A stretch of DNA of 56,960 nt from contig JAUSKZ010000016.1 of NCBI GenBank assembly GCA_030646805.1, forward strand, positions 1 to 56,960. The letters run 5' to 3'. A program made the translations under genes and the position numbers. How positions within the stretch are numbered: position 1 is the stretch's first letter; each line of letters begins with the position of its first letter. This stretch comes from Candidatus Daviesbacteria bacterium. GTDB lineage: Bacteria; Patescibacteriota; Microgenomatia; Daviesbacterales; UBA10151. Of this stretch, positions 1 through 8,069 are shown in pieces. The notes beneath the pieces are model-generated. The model saw nothing but the letters and a program-made list of their open reading frames with translations, searched no databases and was not told the origin of the DNA.

Positions 1-2
1 GA

Positions 3-536
3 GTTTTACTCGCGCTCAAGGCAAATCCTAATCAGTTAGTTTTAGATTTAGGAACAGGTTCAGGGTGTATCGCCATATCGATCGCCAAAAACTCACCTGC
101 AACTTCAATCATTGCTTCAGACGTCTCAGGTAATGCCTTAGAAGTCGCCCAAGCGAACGCCAAATTTCACAAGGTTGAAGGTAAAATTGAGTTTATCCAA
201 AGTAACCTACTTGAGAAAATAGATGTTTGTCCAGATATTATTGTCACAAATCTTCCTTATATTCCAACACAAAGAATTGCCTACTTAGACTCATCCGTTA
301 AAGACTTTGAGCCACACCTGGCTATTGATGGCGGCGACGACGGATTCTTTTTATATGAAAAGCTATTTTTGCAACTTAAGCAAAAGGCTTTGAGTTTTAA
401 GCTTTTGGTTGGGGAGATAGACTATACTCACGGTGAGCTAGCTGCAAATTCAGCTCAAGCCTATTTCCCCAACGCCGAGATCGAAATCAAAAAAGATTTA
501 GCTCACGCTCAACGAATCTTAACCATCCGTCAGTAA
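3..536 (+). CDS. prmC: Release-factor glutamine N5-methyltransferase PrmC/HemK, 5' end cut by window edge
   Basis: Frame-3 translation reads DLGTGSGCIAISIAK (SAM-binding GxGxG) and IIVTNLPYIP (NPPY-type motif). Stop TAA at 534-536. Absent from the ORF track because no start codon lies in the window. Confidence 0.8.
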   Translation, partial: VLLALKANPNQLVLDLGTGSGCIAISIAKNSPATSIIASDVSGNALEVAQANAKFHKVEGKIEFIQSNLLEKIDVCPDIIVTNLPYIPTQRIAYLDSSVKDFEPHLAIDGGDDGFFLYEKLFLQLKQKALSFKLLVGEIDYTHGELAANSAQAYFPNAEIEIKKDLAHAQRILTIRQ

Positions 537-761
537 TTATTTTCTAAGCGTCTTGCCAACCTTTTCTTCCACTTGGTCGCGAGCCTCTTCGCCGGATTGC
601 TTGATAGCGTCTATTGCTCCTGCGGCCATATCTGTTAGTTTATCTCTGGTATCTTTATTCATCATCGCAGCTCCTGCAGCTACAACTCCAGCAGCAGCAG
701 CCAACCCGGCTGCACCTAGAGAGACTCTACGAGCCGTCGTATTTGTTTGATTCTTTGTCAT
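537..761 (-). CDS. YtxH-like small stress/membrane protein
   Basis: The ORF runs 537..815 from a TTG. The internal ATG at 761 is preceded by a purine-rich SD (GGGGGTGAGGA). It has a Gly/Ala-rich hydrophobic N-terminus followed by a KDTRDKL charged helix, as in YtxH family proteins. Confidence 0.55.
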   Translation of the reverse strand: MTKNQTNTTARRVSLGAAGLAAAAGVVAAGAAMMNKDTRDKLTDMAAGAIDAIKQSGEEARDQVEEKVGKTLRK

Positions 762-915
762 ATCCTCACCCCCTCTTGCTATCATTTTACTTTTAACATT
801 AACAATTTGGCTCAAGGATAAGTAATAAAAGTGGAAGAATTATCAGGGATTACTGATTTGGAAGCTCTTGTAAGGTAGCTTTAAGACCAAAGGTCGCAAG
901 GCTACCCTAGAAAGA

Positions 916-2049
916 CTACTGATTGGGCAATTCTTGTAAAGTAGCCTTCACTTCTCTCTCATTTCCTTCGTTCCATAAATTTAAAGTAACACTGTCCCCA
1001 ATTCTTTTGCCGGAGATAGCCCTGGAGATAGTCTCCTCCTCAGAAACCGCCTGATCGTCAATTTTAGTAATAATATCTCCTTCGGCAACTCCAGCCTTTT
1101 TAGCCCCTGAACCATCCAAAACTTCCTGAACATAAGCCCCTTGAGCCACTTCGTTTAATAAAGCTACATCGCGGGCGATAAACCGGTATCTGACTCCCAA
1201 AAATGGCCGGGAAACAGTCCCTTTTTCAACAAATTCATCAACTATAACCTTGACCGCACTAATCGGGATGGCAAAACCGATATTTTGAGCACCCTCGGTC
1301 GTTGCTACATTAACTCCAATCACTTGCCCTGCGATGTTTAAAAGGGGTCCACCGGAGTTTCCAGGGTTAATGGCAGCATCAGTTTGAATTAAATTATCCA
1401 AACTCTCAACCGAGCCCGAAAAAGGATCACCAGCGATAACTTTCCGCCCAAGTCCTGAGACCACACCTGTGGTGACCGTATTGGTAAACCGACCCAAAGC
1501 GTTACCTATAGCAATAACTGTTTGACCAACTTTTAGCTTAGTGGAGTCCCCCATTTCCAATGCTTTTAAATCTAAGTTATCAACCTGGACAATCGCTAAA
1601 TCCAAAATCGGATCGCGGTAAATTCTTTGAACATCATATTTTTTACCATCATTTGTCACCACCGTATACTTGGTATTAGTATCGGAAACAACGTGTTTAT
1701 TAGTAATAATAATCCCTTTATCTGAAACCACAAATCCAGTCCCTATGGTACTATTTTGGCTCCGGGAAGCTCCGAATGGATCAAATGGATTAAAGACCCT
1801 CTTGGTAGCTCCTAAAGCCACTACAGAACCCGAGGTTTTATCTACCACCTCAATCACCGCATTCTCTTCGTTAACTACTCTTTGGGTAATTTCAGTTTTA
1901 GGTAATTCTACTTTTGGGAAATAATTAGTTAGGGGTAATATCCCTTTGGTGCGGGCAAAATATAATCCAAACCCTAAAAAACCACCTAATATAATAATTA
2001 GGATAAAAGTTGAAATCCTTGGAACATCTTTAAAGCTGCCTTTTTCCAT
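916..2049 (-). CDS. htrA: HtrA/DegP family serine protease (S1C) with C-terminal PDZ and N-terminal membrane anchor
   Basis: Triad contexts TNKHVV, DLAIVQV and GNSGGPLLN. PDZ-like tail with GDIITKIDDQ. Confidence 0.85.
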   Translation of the reverse strand: MEKGSFKDVPRISTFILIIILGGFLGFGLYFARTKGILPLTNYFPKVELPKTEITQRVVNEENAVIEVVDKTSGSVVALGATKRVFNPFDPFGASRSQNSTIGTGFVVSDKGIIITNKHVVSDTNTKYTVVTNDGKKYDVQRIYRDPILDLAIVQVDNLDLKALEMGDSTKLKVGQTVIAIGNALGRFTNTVTTGVVSGLGRKVIAGDPFSGSVESLDNLIQTDAAINPGNSGGPLLNIAGQVIGVNVATTEGAQNIGFAIPISAVKVIVDEFVEKGTVSRPFLGVRYRFIARDVALLNEVAQGAYVQEVLDGSGAKKAGVAEGDIITKIDDQAVSEEETISRAISGKRIGDSVTLNLWNEGNEREVKATLQELPNQ

Positions 2050-2055
2050 ACTATC

Positions 2056-3342
2056 TTACTTATCCAGTACTTCTAAGGCTTTTTCCAGCTGTATATCCTT
2101 ACCATCCTCAGTATTCTCCACAATAACATCGGGGGTGAGTCCTTTATTGTGAATCCATCTACCATCTGGGGTTAACCATTTAGCTGTGGTTATATGAATC
2201 CCGGTGCCTTCCGGCAAGTCTTCTGATGATTGAATCGTCCCTTTACCAAACGATTGTTCTCCCACCAAAGTCCCCCGTTTTCGGTCCTGAATCGCTCCGG
2301 CTAAGATCTCAGAAGCTGAAGCCGAGCCTTTATTGATTAAGATAACTACCGGCAGTTTTAATAACTTACCCTCCCGAATAACCTGTTGCGACTCTTTATT
2401 ACCAAGAGCGTCTTCTTGAATAACTATCACCCCTCGATCCAAAAACTCGGAGGCGATATAAACCGCCCCGTCCAAAAACCCGCCGGGATTATTTCTGACA
2501 TCAACTATTACCCCTTGTGGAGCGTGGGATAAACCTTCAGAGACTGCGAGATCCCATTCGTTACGGGTCCGCTCACCAAATTGGCTTAGCCTAATGTAGG
2601 CAACCTCTTTACCTGACTTAGTAGTTTTAGTCACAGTCGGCGAATCTGGTTTTTGAGAAAGATCGGTATTTTTATTTTCAAATTCAACCGATTTAACAAC
2701 TATCGTATCCCGAGTTAAGGTTATATCTTTAGGTTTAGATTCGTTCTCCCGTAAAACTGATAAGTTTACCGTTGAGCCTTTTGGGCCCCGGATCTGGCTA
2801 ACAGCTTCAGGCAACGATAGACTGAAGGCCTCTTTATCGTTAATTTTGACAATTAAATCTCCAGCCTTGACTCCGGCCCGATCCGCCGGGGTATCTTTCA
2901 GCGGAGCGATAACAACCAATCTTTTTTCTTTGTTATAACCAAGTTGAATCCCAACTCCCTCGAAAGATCCAGAGAGTTGTTCTTTGGTGGATTTTTGAGC
3001 TTGAGGTGGTAGAAAAACGGTATACGGATCACCTAAGGCTGCGACCATCCCTTGGATGGCTCCATAATAGAGCTTTTGCGGATCAATGGCTGTTTTATCA
3101 ATATATTTCTGAGAGACTAAATCCCAGGTTTCCCAAAATAATTTAAAGTCGATATCAGTAGTACTTGAAGCGGGACTTTGGTTGGTAACTTTAAATTGGG
3201 GTTTGTAGTTTTTAATCTGAAAATTATAATCCCGGTGTCCCAGCTGCCAACCAACTATGAAAGATAAAATAATGATGATAATTAGACCGCCGTTAACTTT
3301 TGAGTATAACTCTCTAATTTTTTGGGGGGTATGTGAAATCAT
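2056..3342 (-). CDS. ctpA: Carboxy-terminal processing (tail-specific) protease, S41 family, with PDZ
   Basis: GVGIQL and PDZ (GDLIVKINDK), then DVRNNPGG and the serine motif KGSASASEILAG. The ORF-track start at 3345 is TTG. The ATG at 3342 overlaps the upstream stop as TGATG. Confidence 0.85.
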   Translation of the reverse strand: MISHTPQKIRELYSKVNGGLIIIIILSFIVGWQLGHRDYNFQIKNYKPQFKVTNQSPASSTTDIDFKLFWETWDLVSQKYIDKTAIDPQKLYYGAIQGMVAALGDPYTVFLPPQAQKSTKEQLSGSFEGVGIQLGYNKEKRLVVIAPLKDTPADRAGVKAGDLIVKINDKEAFSLSLPEAVSQIRGPKGSTVNLSVLRENESKPKDITLTRDTIVVKSVEFENKNTDLSQKPDSPTVTKTTKSGKEVAYIRLSQFGERTRNEWDLAVSEGLSHAPQGVIVDVRNNPGGFLDGAVYIASEFLDRGVIVIQEDALGNKESQQVIREGKLLKLPVVILINKGSASASEILAGAIQDRKRGTLVGEQSFGKGTIQSSEDLPEGTGIHITTAKWLTPDGRWIHNKGLTPDVIVENTEDGKDIQLEKALEVLDK

Positions 3343-4394
3343 CAATAAATTACTTCAATATTTTCTAAAGGTAAACGCATCTTTCTACTTTTGGATTCAA
3401 TTGTTACCATAACAGTTTTCTTCCCACTAGGCAGCATCGTTTCAGATTGATCAATCTGGATTACCACACCTACCTGACCTAAATCCGGGGACAGTGTCCG
3501 AACCGACAAGCCAATTCTTAATCCTATCTCACTCATTGGTACACGATCTGCGATCACCTTGGGCAATCTGATCTTACGAATATATATCATACTGTTTTGA
3601 TCTTCAGATGGCAAGATTAACCGAGCTCTTTGACCTTCTAAAATAGCAAACTGACCACAGCTTTGCTCTAAAACTTTTAAAATATCCTCACCAATTATGG
3701 CCTTACCTACTCCTTCTGTAACAACTACCCCAAACCCTGCATCCTGCCAAACTCCATCTTGAGTACTTACCCCAGCACAAATTATTCCAGCTATATTAAG
3801 AGCGGAGGCTTGGCGGATCGTGTCTTCGTCTAGTGTGCCCGGAACTACCACAATTTGCGATTTATCTTTTTCGGTTATTTTTTTCCGAGGATGTAAAATT
3901 TCCAGCCTCCCATCTACTTGCCTTCCCGATCCTAAAACTCCATGGATTAAAGTAGCATAGGTTCTGATTCCGACAACCCCGAGTCTTTCATCTATCTCAT
4001 CCACCACCCCAAACATCCCACAAATTAACTCTTTTTCCTCCAAAAATACTTTAATCCGAAGCTCGCCGTTTTTTTGATTATAAAAATCAATCACCCCATC
4101 AACCGGTGAGGTAATTGAAGCGGCTATCGTCTCTCCCCGGTAGATATTCTGGCCAATTTTGGTTTTTAAATAACTTAAACCATCTTTGGGGTTGACTCCT
4201 AACTTTTCGGCTAAAGCAATAATTTTAAAACCGGACTTTATTTTCCCACGGCCTAAGGAGTCAGTAGGAAAAACCTCCTGGCCTAAAGAAAGTGTGAATC
4301 CATAAGCCTCGCCTAGTTTACGGTAAACTCGGGTCACAATATTTTTCTCAACTCTACACCTGGCTGGAACAATTAACTTCTGGGGAGTTGGCAT
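3342..4394 (-). CDS. Hypothetical protein, 350 aa, no motif recognised
   Basis: Long ORF, co-oriented and translationally coupled to the Ctp gene. No signal peptide or TM segment evident. Confidence 0.6.
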   Translation of the reverse strand: MPTPQKLIVPARCRVEKNIVTRVYRKLGEAYGFTLSLGQEVFPTDSLGRGKIKSGFKIIALAEKLGVNPKDGLSYLKTKIGQNIYRGETIAASITSPVDGVIDFYNQKNGELRIKVFLEEKELICGMFGVVDEIDERLGVVGIRTYATLIHGVLGSGRQVDGRLEILHPRKKITEKDKSQIVVVPGTLDEDTIRQASALNIAGIICAGVSTQDGVWQDAGFGVVVTEGVGKAIIGEDILKVLEQSCGQFAILEGQRARLILPSEDQNSMIYIRKIRLPKVIADRVPMSEIGLRIGLSVRTLSPDLGQVGVVIQIDQSETMLPSGKKTVMVTIESKSRKMRLPLENIEVIY

Positions 4395-4491
4395 CTCTCT
4401 CCAGTTTACTACAAAATTGGAGTTATACTCGCACGATACGATAGGTTCTTCTTCAGCAAGCTGAAGCGAGCATTCCTTCGTGACGTGCTCG

Positions 4492-4845
4492 TTATACTCG
4501 CACGATGAAAGGGAGGAGGGCTAAATGACGGGCGTATTTTACCTGACGGGAGACACGTTTTTGATGTTTGGAACAGGCACCGTTTCTAGATCTTGCGGTA
4601 ATTCTTCCCCGATCATTAACAAACCTGCGGAGTGAGGCTGCATCCCAATATCGGGGCTCATTTTTGTGTTTACAAAAAGCACAATACTTTTTAACTGGTT
4701 TACCGGATAAATCCCCATCTCGGTTTCCTGTTTTCGAGGGAGCTTGAGCCTCAACTTTTTCCACTCTCGGGTCTCCCTCTTTTGGAGGAATCGGGCTTGG
4801 GGTCTCTATCTTTACTCTAGATTTTAACGTAGTTTTTAAAGCCAT
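4492..4845 (-). CDS. rpsR: 30S ribosomal protein S18 with N-terminal extension
   Basis: Core YCAFCKHKNEPRYWDAASLRRFVNDRGRITARSRNGACSKHQKRVSRQVKYARHLALLPF. An alternative GTG start at 4764 has AGGGAG 8 nt upstream and would give a 90-aa product. Confidence 0.9.
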   Translation of the reverse strand: MALKTTLKSRVKIETPSPIPPKEGDPRVEKVEAQAPSKTGNRDGDLSGKPVKKYCAFCKHKNEPRYWDAASLRRFVNDRGRITARSRNGACSKHQKRVSRQVKYARHLALLPFIVRV

Positions 4846-4919
4846 GAGATGTAATCGTGAGAATTATATAGGATCAGAGGTAAAGAATCAATAATTGAGA
4901 CAGAGTTCAAAATACCAAA

Positions 4920-5405
4920 CTAGAAAGGCAGATCGTCGTCGGAGACTTTTTCGTTGGCAACAGGTGGCGCCTCTTCTACTTCTTCAACTTTTTTGGCTTT
5001 TTCTGGCTTTGGGGTCGAGGCTTCTTTTAAAGAAACTTCCGCCGCACTTTCTGAGGGTCCAGAGCTCTCACCTTTAGGTGTTAAAATCAACATATCTTCC
5101 AAAACAATCTCTGCCTCACGTCTTTTAACTTGATCTTGCCCTTCCCACTCCCGGTATTGAAGCCTGCCAGAGATAAACGCCTTAGTGCCTTTTTTAAGAA
5201 GTTGACTGCAAAGTTCAGCTAGTTTATTCCAGGCCACAACTTTGTGAAAGTCCACCTCTTCTTTCCTCTCACCCTCCACTAGATAGCTTCGATTGGTAGC
5301 TAGGCCAAAAGTAGCCACAGCAGCCCCATTTGGGGTATAACGCAATTCTGGGTCGCGTGTCAAATTTCCTATTAACTCTATTCTATTCCAAGACCTTGAA
5401 GCCAT
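4920..5405 (-). CDS. ssb: Single-stranded DNA-binding protein
   Basis: OB-fold N-terminus (IELIGNLTRDPELRYTPNG), an acidic/Pro-rich linker and the canonical C-terminal tip DDDLPF. Confidence 0.92.
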   Translation of the reverse strand: MASRSWNRIELIGNLTRDPELRYTPNGAAVATFGLATNRSYLVEGERKEEVDFHKVVAWNKLAELCSQLLKKGTKAFISGRLQYREWEGQDQVKRREAEIVLEDMLILTPKGESSGPSESAAEVSLKEASTPKPEKAKKVEEVEEAPPVANEKVSDDDLPF

Positions 5406-5465
5406 TTTTTTGTAAACTCTCTTTACTGCTACTGCAGGAAGCCGAGGGTTTTTAGCCCTTGGTCT

Positions 5466-5741
5466 TCACTTTCGGATCAGTAAATAACGGATGATATCCT
5501 CATCTAATTTTAGAGTTTTATCCAAAGATGAAACATCTTGGGGGTTTAAAGAAAATTCAAAATGGGCATACCACCCTTTAGTCTGCTTTTTGACTGGATA
5601 AGCCAAATCCCGAGAACCCCAAAGATCTTCTTTTTCCAAACTCCCAAACTTTTTAGTCACTCCTTCAAGGATCTTCTTTCGATCCTCTTCTTTGAGATCA
5701 GATCTTAAGATTAATGTTAAGTAATACTCGTTCACGCCCAA
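5466..5741 (-). CDS. rpsF: 30S ribosomal protein S6
   Basis: YYLTLILRSDL...YPVKKQTKGWYAHFEF pattern. First gene of the rpsF-ssb-rpsR arrangement. Confidence 0.85.
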   Translation of the reverse strand: MGVNEYYLTLILRSDLKEEDRKKILEGVTKKFGSLEKEDLWGSRDLAYPVKKQTKGWYAHFEFSLNPQDVSSLDKTLKLDEDIIRYLLIRK

Positions 5742-5784
5742 ATTGTACTAGTTTGGGATAGAAAATTCAATCACTGAAATCTTT

Positions 5785-5844
5785 TGGCAATATTAGGCAA
5801 CTTATGGCAGTATTAGGTCATATATGGTAATGTTGAGCCACAGT
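5785..5844 (+). repeat. Three tandem imperfect 20-bp repeats ending on the fic start codon
   Basis: TGGCAATATTAGGCAACTTA / TGGCAGTATTAGGTCATATA / TGGTAATGTTGAGCCACAGT. Repeat 1 vs repeat 2 is 15/20 identical and repeat 1 vs repeat 3 is 12/20. Each unit starts with an extended -10-like TGgnAnTnT. Confidence 0.7.
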
Positions 5845-6829
5845 GCTGATCCCACCTAAATATTTTCTGACTCCTAAAATTACTAAATTACTTCAATCGA
5901 TTGAAGGAAGCAGACAGGTTATCGATACAGCCATCCTCCCTAAAGAGGTCGAAGTCAATATTAGAAGAAGGTCAACTCTTCGAAGCTCTCTATTTTCCGC
6001 CCGGATTGAAGGAAATACTTTAACCCTGGATGAGCTACCCCAAGCCTCATCTTCTGACCAAAAAAAGCGGGAGGTTTTAAATATTTTAAAAGGTTTTAAT
6101 TTTTTAATGGCCAGAGGTTCAAAGAAGGATATTACCATCAAAGATATCTTGGCTTTACAAAAAACCGTCATGGAGGGATTAATCCCAAAATTGGACTTAG
6201 GTAAATTCCGGACCAATTTAGAGGCTATTTTTAACTCATCCGGGATCGCGATTTATATTCCACCAAAGCCCGCCCAAATATCCTCCAGTACTCGCAAAAT
6301 GTTAAAGTTTACCAACTCCTCAAAGGAACAATTTGTTCCCATCCGGGCTGCCTTAACCCACTATACTTTTGAGAAAATTCACCCCTTTTTAGACGGTAAC
6401 GGCCGGGTAGGCCGGCTTTTACTTCAGGCAGTTTTGGAAAAAGGCGGTTATGGAATGAGGGGGCTTATAAATCTTGAGGAGTACTTAGATAACCACCGGT
6501 CTTTATATTACCAAGCTCTCGATTCTTCGGAACGGGATGTCACAGAATATTTAGAGTATATCCTGGAGGCGATCGATTTTGCGGCTGCAGAGGCCAAAAC
6601 TGAGATTTTAAAAAAAGATCAACTTCAAGCTCAAGATTATCTTCTCCCCCGCCGAGCTGAAATTTTAAACATCATCCGGGATCATAACTTAATAAACTTT
6701 AATACCATCCAACGCCGATTTATGGCGATAAATGGCCGAACCTTACGGTACGACCTTAAACAACTTCAAGATGCCGGTTTAATTAAAAAATTAGGATCTA
6801 CCAAAGGTGTATACTATCAGATTATATGA
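5843..6829 (+). CDS. Fic family protein (class II, N-terminal inhibitory helix) with C-terminal winged-helix-like domain
   Basis: Fic motif HPFLDGNGRVGR (6380-6415). Inhibitory motif S-x-x-x-E-G as SARIEG (5996-6013). GTG start. Confidence 0.85.
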   Translation: MLIPPKYFLTPKITKLLQSIEGSRQVIDTAILPKEVEVNIRRRSTLRSSLFSARIEGNTLTLDELPQASSSDQKKREVLNILKGFNFLMARGSKKDITIKDILALQKTVMEGLIPKLDLGKFRTNLEAIFNSSGIAIYIPPKPAQISSSTRKMLKFTNSSKEQFVPIRAALTHYTFEKIHPFLDGNGRVGRLLLQAVLEKGGYGMRGLINLEEYLDNHRSLYYQALDSSERDVTEYLEYILEAIDFAAAEAKTEILKKDQLQAQDYLLPRRAEILNIIRDHNLINFNTIQRRFMAINGRTLRYDLKQLQDAGLIKKLGSTKGVYYQII

Positions 6830-6862
6830 GCCAATCGAGTGTATGTTACCCATTTACCCATA

Positions 6863-6891
6863 CCAGGTTCGTGTTAGCTAGACGAACAGGG
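6863..6891. repeat. Hairpin between convergent fic and ychF, related in loop and flanks to the REP-like family
   Basis: Sequence CCAGGTTCGTGTTAGCTAGACGAACAGGG. Stem GTTCGT/ACGAAC. The loop contains TTAGCT, as in the hairpin at 48513-48535. Confidence 0.45.
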
Positions 6892-6896
6892 TAATA

Positions 6897-8051
6897 CTAA
6901 CTGCCAATAAAAAACTCGATTACATCCCCATCTTTAACTTCATACTCCTTGCCTTCCATTCTTAGTAACCCTCTATCTTTAGCAGCTTTGTATGAACCCA
7001 CCTCAATTAACTTTTGATACTCAATCACCTGAGCCCTAATATATTTTTTCTCAAAATCAGTGTGAATTACTCCGGCTGCTTTTGGGCCTAAACTGCCCTT
7101 CTCAACAGTCCAAGCTCTAACTTCCTTCTCCCCAGCAGTTAAAAAGGAGATCAGCCCTAAAATTGAGTAGGCTTTTTTGATTAATCTGTCCAGTCCTGTT
7201 TCTAAAATCCCCATCTCTTTTAAATAGTCTGACCTCTCTTCTTCTGTATAATCAGCCAACTCCTCCTCGAGCCTAGCACAAATCACAACACTGTCATCCT
7301 GAGCATAGCGAAGGATCTGATCATTGGACTCTTTTAGATTCTTCACTTCATTCAGAATGACACCATAACTATCCTCTGAGACGTTAAACACATAAAGAAT
7401 TGGTTTAGTGGTGAGCAGTGGCAGAGTTTTAAACCATTTAGCTATTCTTTCATCTCCTATCTGATAGTGACCTAAAACTTTCCCTGAAGATAAATTCTCC
7501 TGAATAGTTTTTAAGATTGCTAGTTTCCTCTCATCCAAAGGATCCTTACTTACCTTCCCCTCTTTCTCAGCTGCCACAATTAGTTTCTCAAGCACCTGTA
7601 GATCAGACAGAGCTAACTCTGTTTCTATGGTTGATCTATCTTCATCAGGGGAGATTGATCCCTCACGGATAATATTAGTATCATTAAAGTCCCTTAAAAC
7701 ATGCACCACCGCATCTACCTCTCTAATATGGGACAAAAATTTATTTCCCAAACCTGCCCCCTCACTCGCTCCCTTAACAAGCCCAGCAATATCCACAAAC
7801 TCCACCACCGCTGGAACTAAAGGAGGTAAGGAAGTCATTCCCTGCCTGCCGGCAGGCAGGTTTTCTTCATCTTTGATCAGCTCAGCCAACTCTAAAAGTC
7901 TAGGATCAGGCACCTCCACCACCCCAATATTTGGCTCAATGGTAGCAAAAGGATAATTTGCGCTGAGCGCCACCCTCTTTTTTAAAAGGGCGTTAAAAAG
8001 AGTACTCTTCCCCACATTTGGCAATCCAACTATTCCAACTCTTAAACTCAT
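6897..8051 (-). CDS. ychF: Ribosome-binding ATPase YchF (Obg-like)
   Basis: G1 motif GIVGLPNVGKSTLFNAL, then FVDIAGLVKGAS, and a TGS-type C-terminus (KDGDVIEF). Confidence 0.92.
   Translation of the reverse strand: MSLRVGIVGLPNVGKSTLFNALLKKRVALSANYPFATIEPNIGVVEVPDPRLLELAELIKDEENLPAGRQGMTSLPPLVPAVVEFVDIAGLVKGASEGAGLGNKFLSHIREVDAVVHVLRDFNDTNIIREGSISPDEDRSTIETELALSDLQVLEKLIVAAEKEGKVSKDPLDERKLAILKTIQENLSSGKVLGHYQIGDERIAKWFKTLPLLTTKPILYVFNVSEDSYGVILNEVKNLKESNDQILRYAQDDSVVICARLEEELADYTEEERSDYLKEMGILETGLDRLIKKAYSILGLISFLTAGEKEVRAWTVEKGSLGPKAAGVIHTDFEKKYIRAQVIEYQKLIEVGSYKAAKDRGLLRMEGKEYEVKDGDVIEFFIGS
7841..7860. repeat. Perfect 20-bp GC-rich palindrome inside ychF
   Basis: CCTGCCTGCCGGCAGGCAGG equals its own reverse complement. 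It encodes PAGRQG within an apparent in-frame extra segment. Confidence 0.9.
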
Positions 8052-8069
8052 GCAGGAATTATAACAAAC

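Noticed and set aside
4539-4754. 71-aa minus-strand ORF overlapping rpsR in another frame.
   Set aside because: It is embedded in the S18 gene, which has an unambiguous family signature.
5785-5844. Tandem 20-bp repeats considered as a mini CRISPR array.
   Set aside because: The repeats are directly adjacent with no spacers, there are only three imperfect units, and no cas genes are present.
7295-7330. LRYAQDDS peptide in YchF, encoded by GTCATCCTGAGCATAGCGAAGGATC. It resembles translations of common GC-rich palindromic repeats.
   Set aside because: The segment aligns, from memory, with the conserved YchF region (V)REYAxxxxAxVVxICAKxEEE. It is not an obvious palindrome, so it is most likely native coding sequence.
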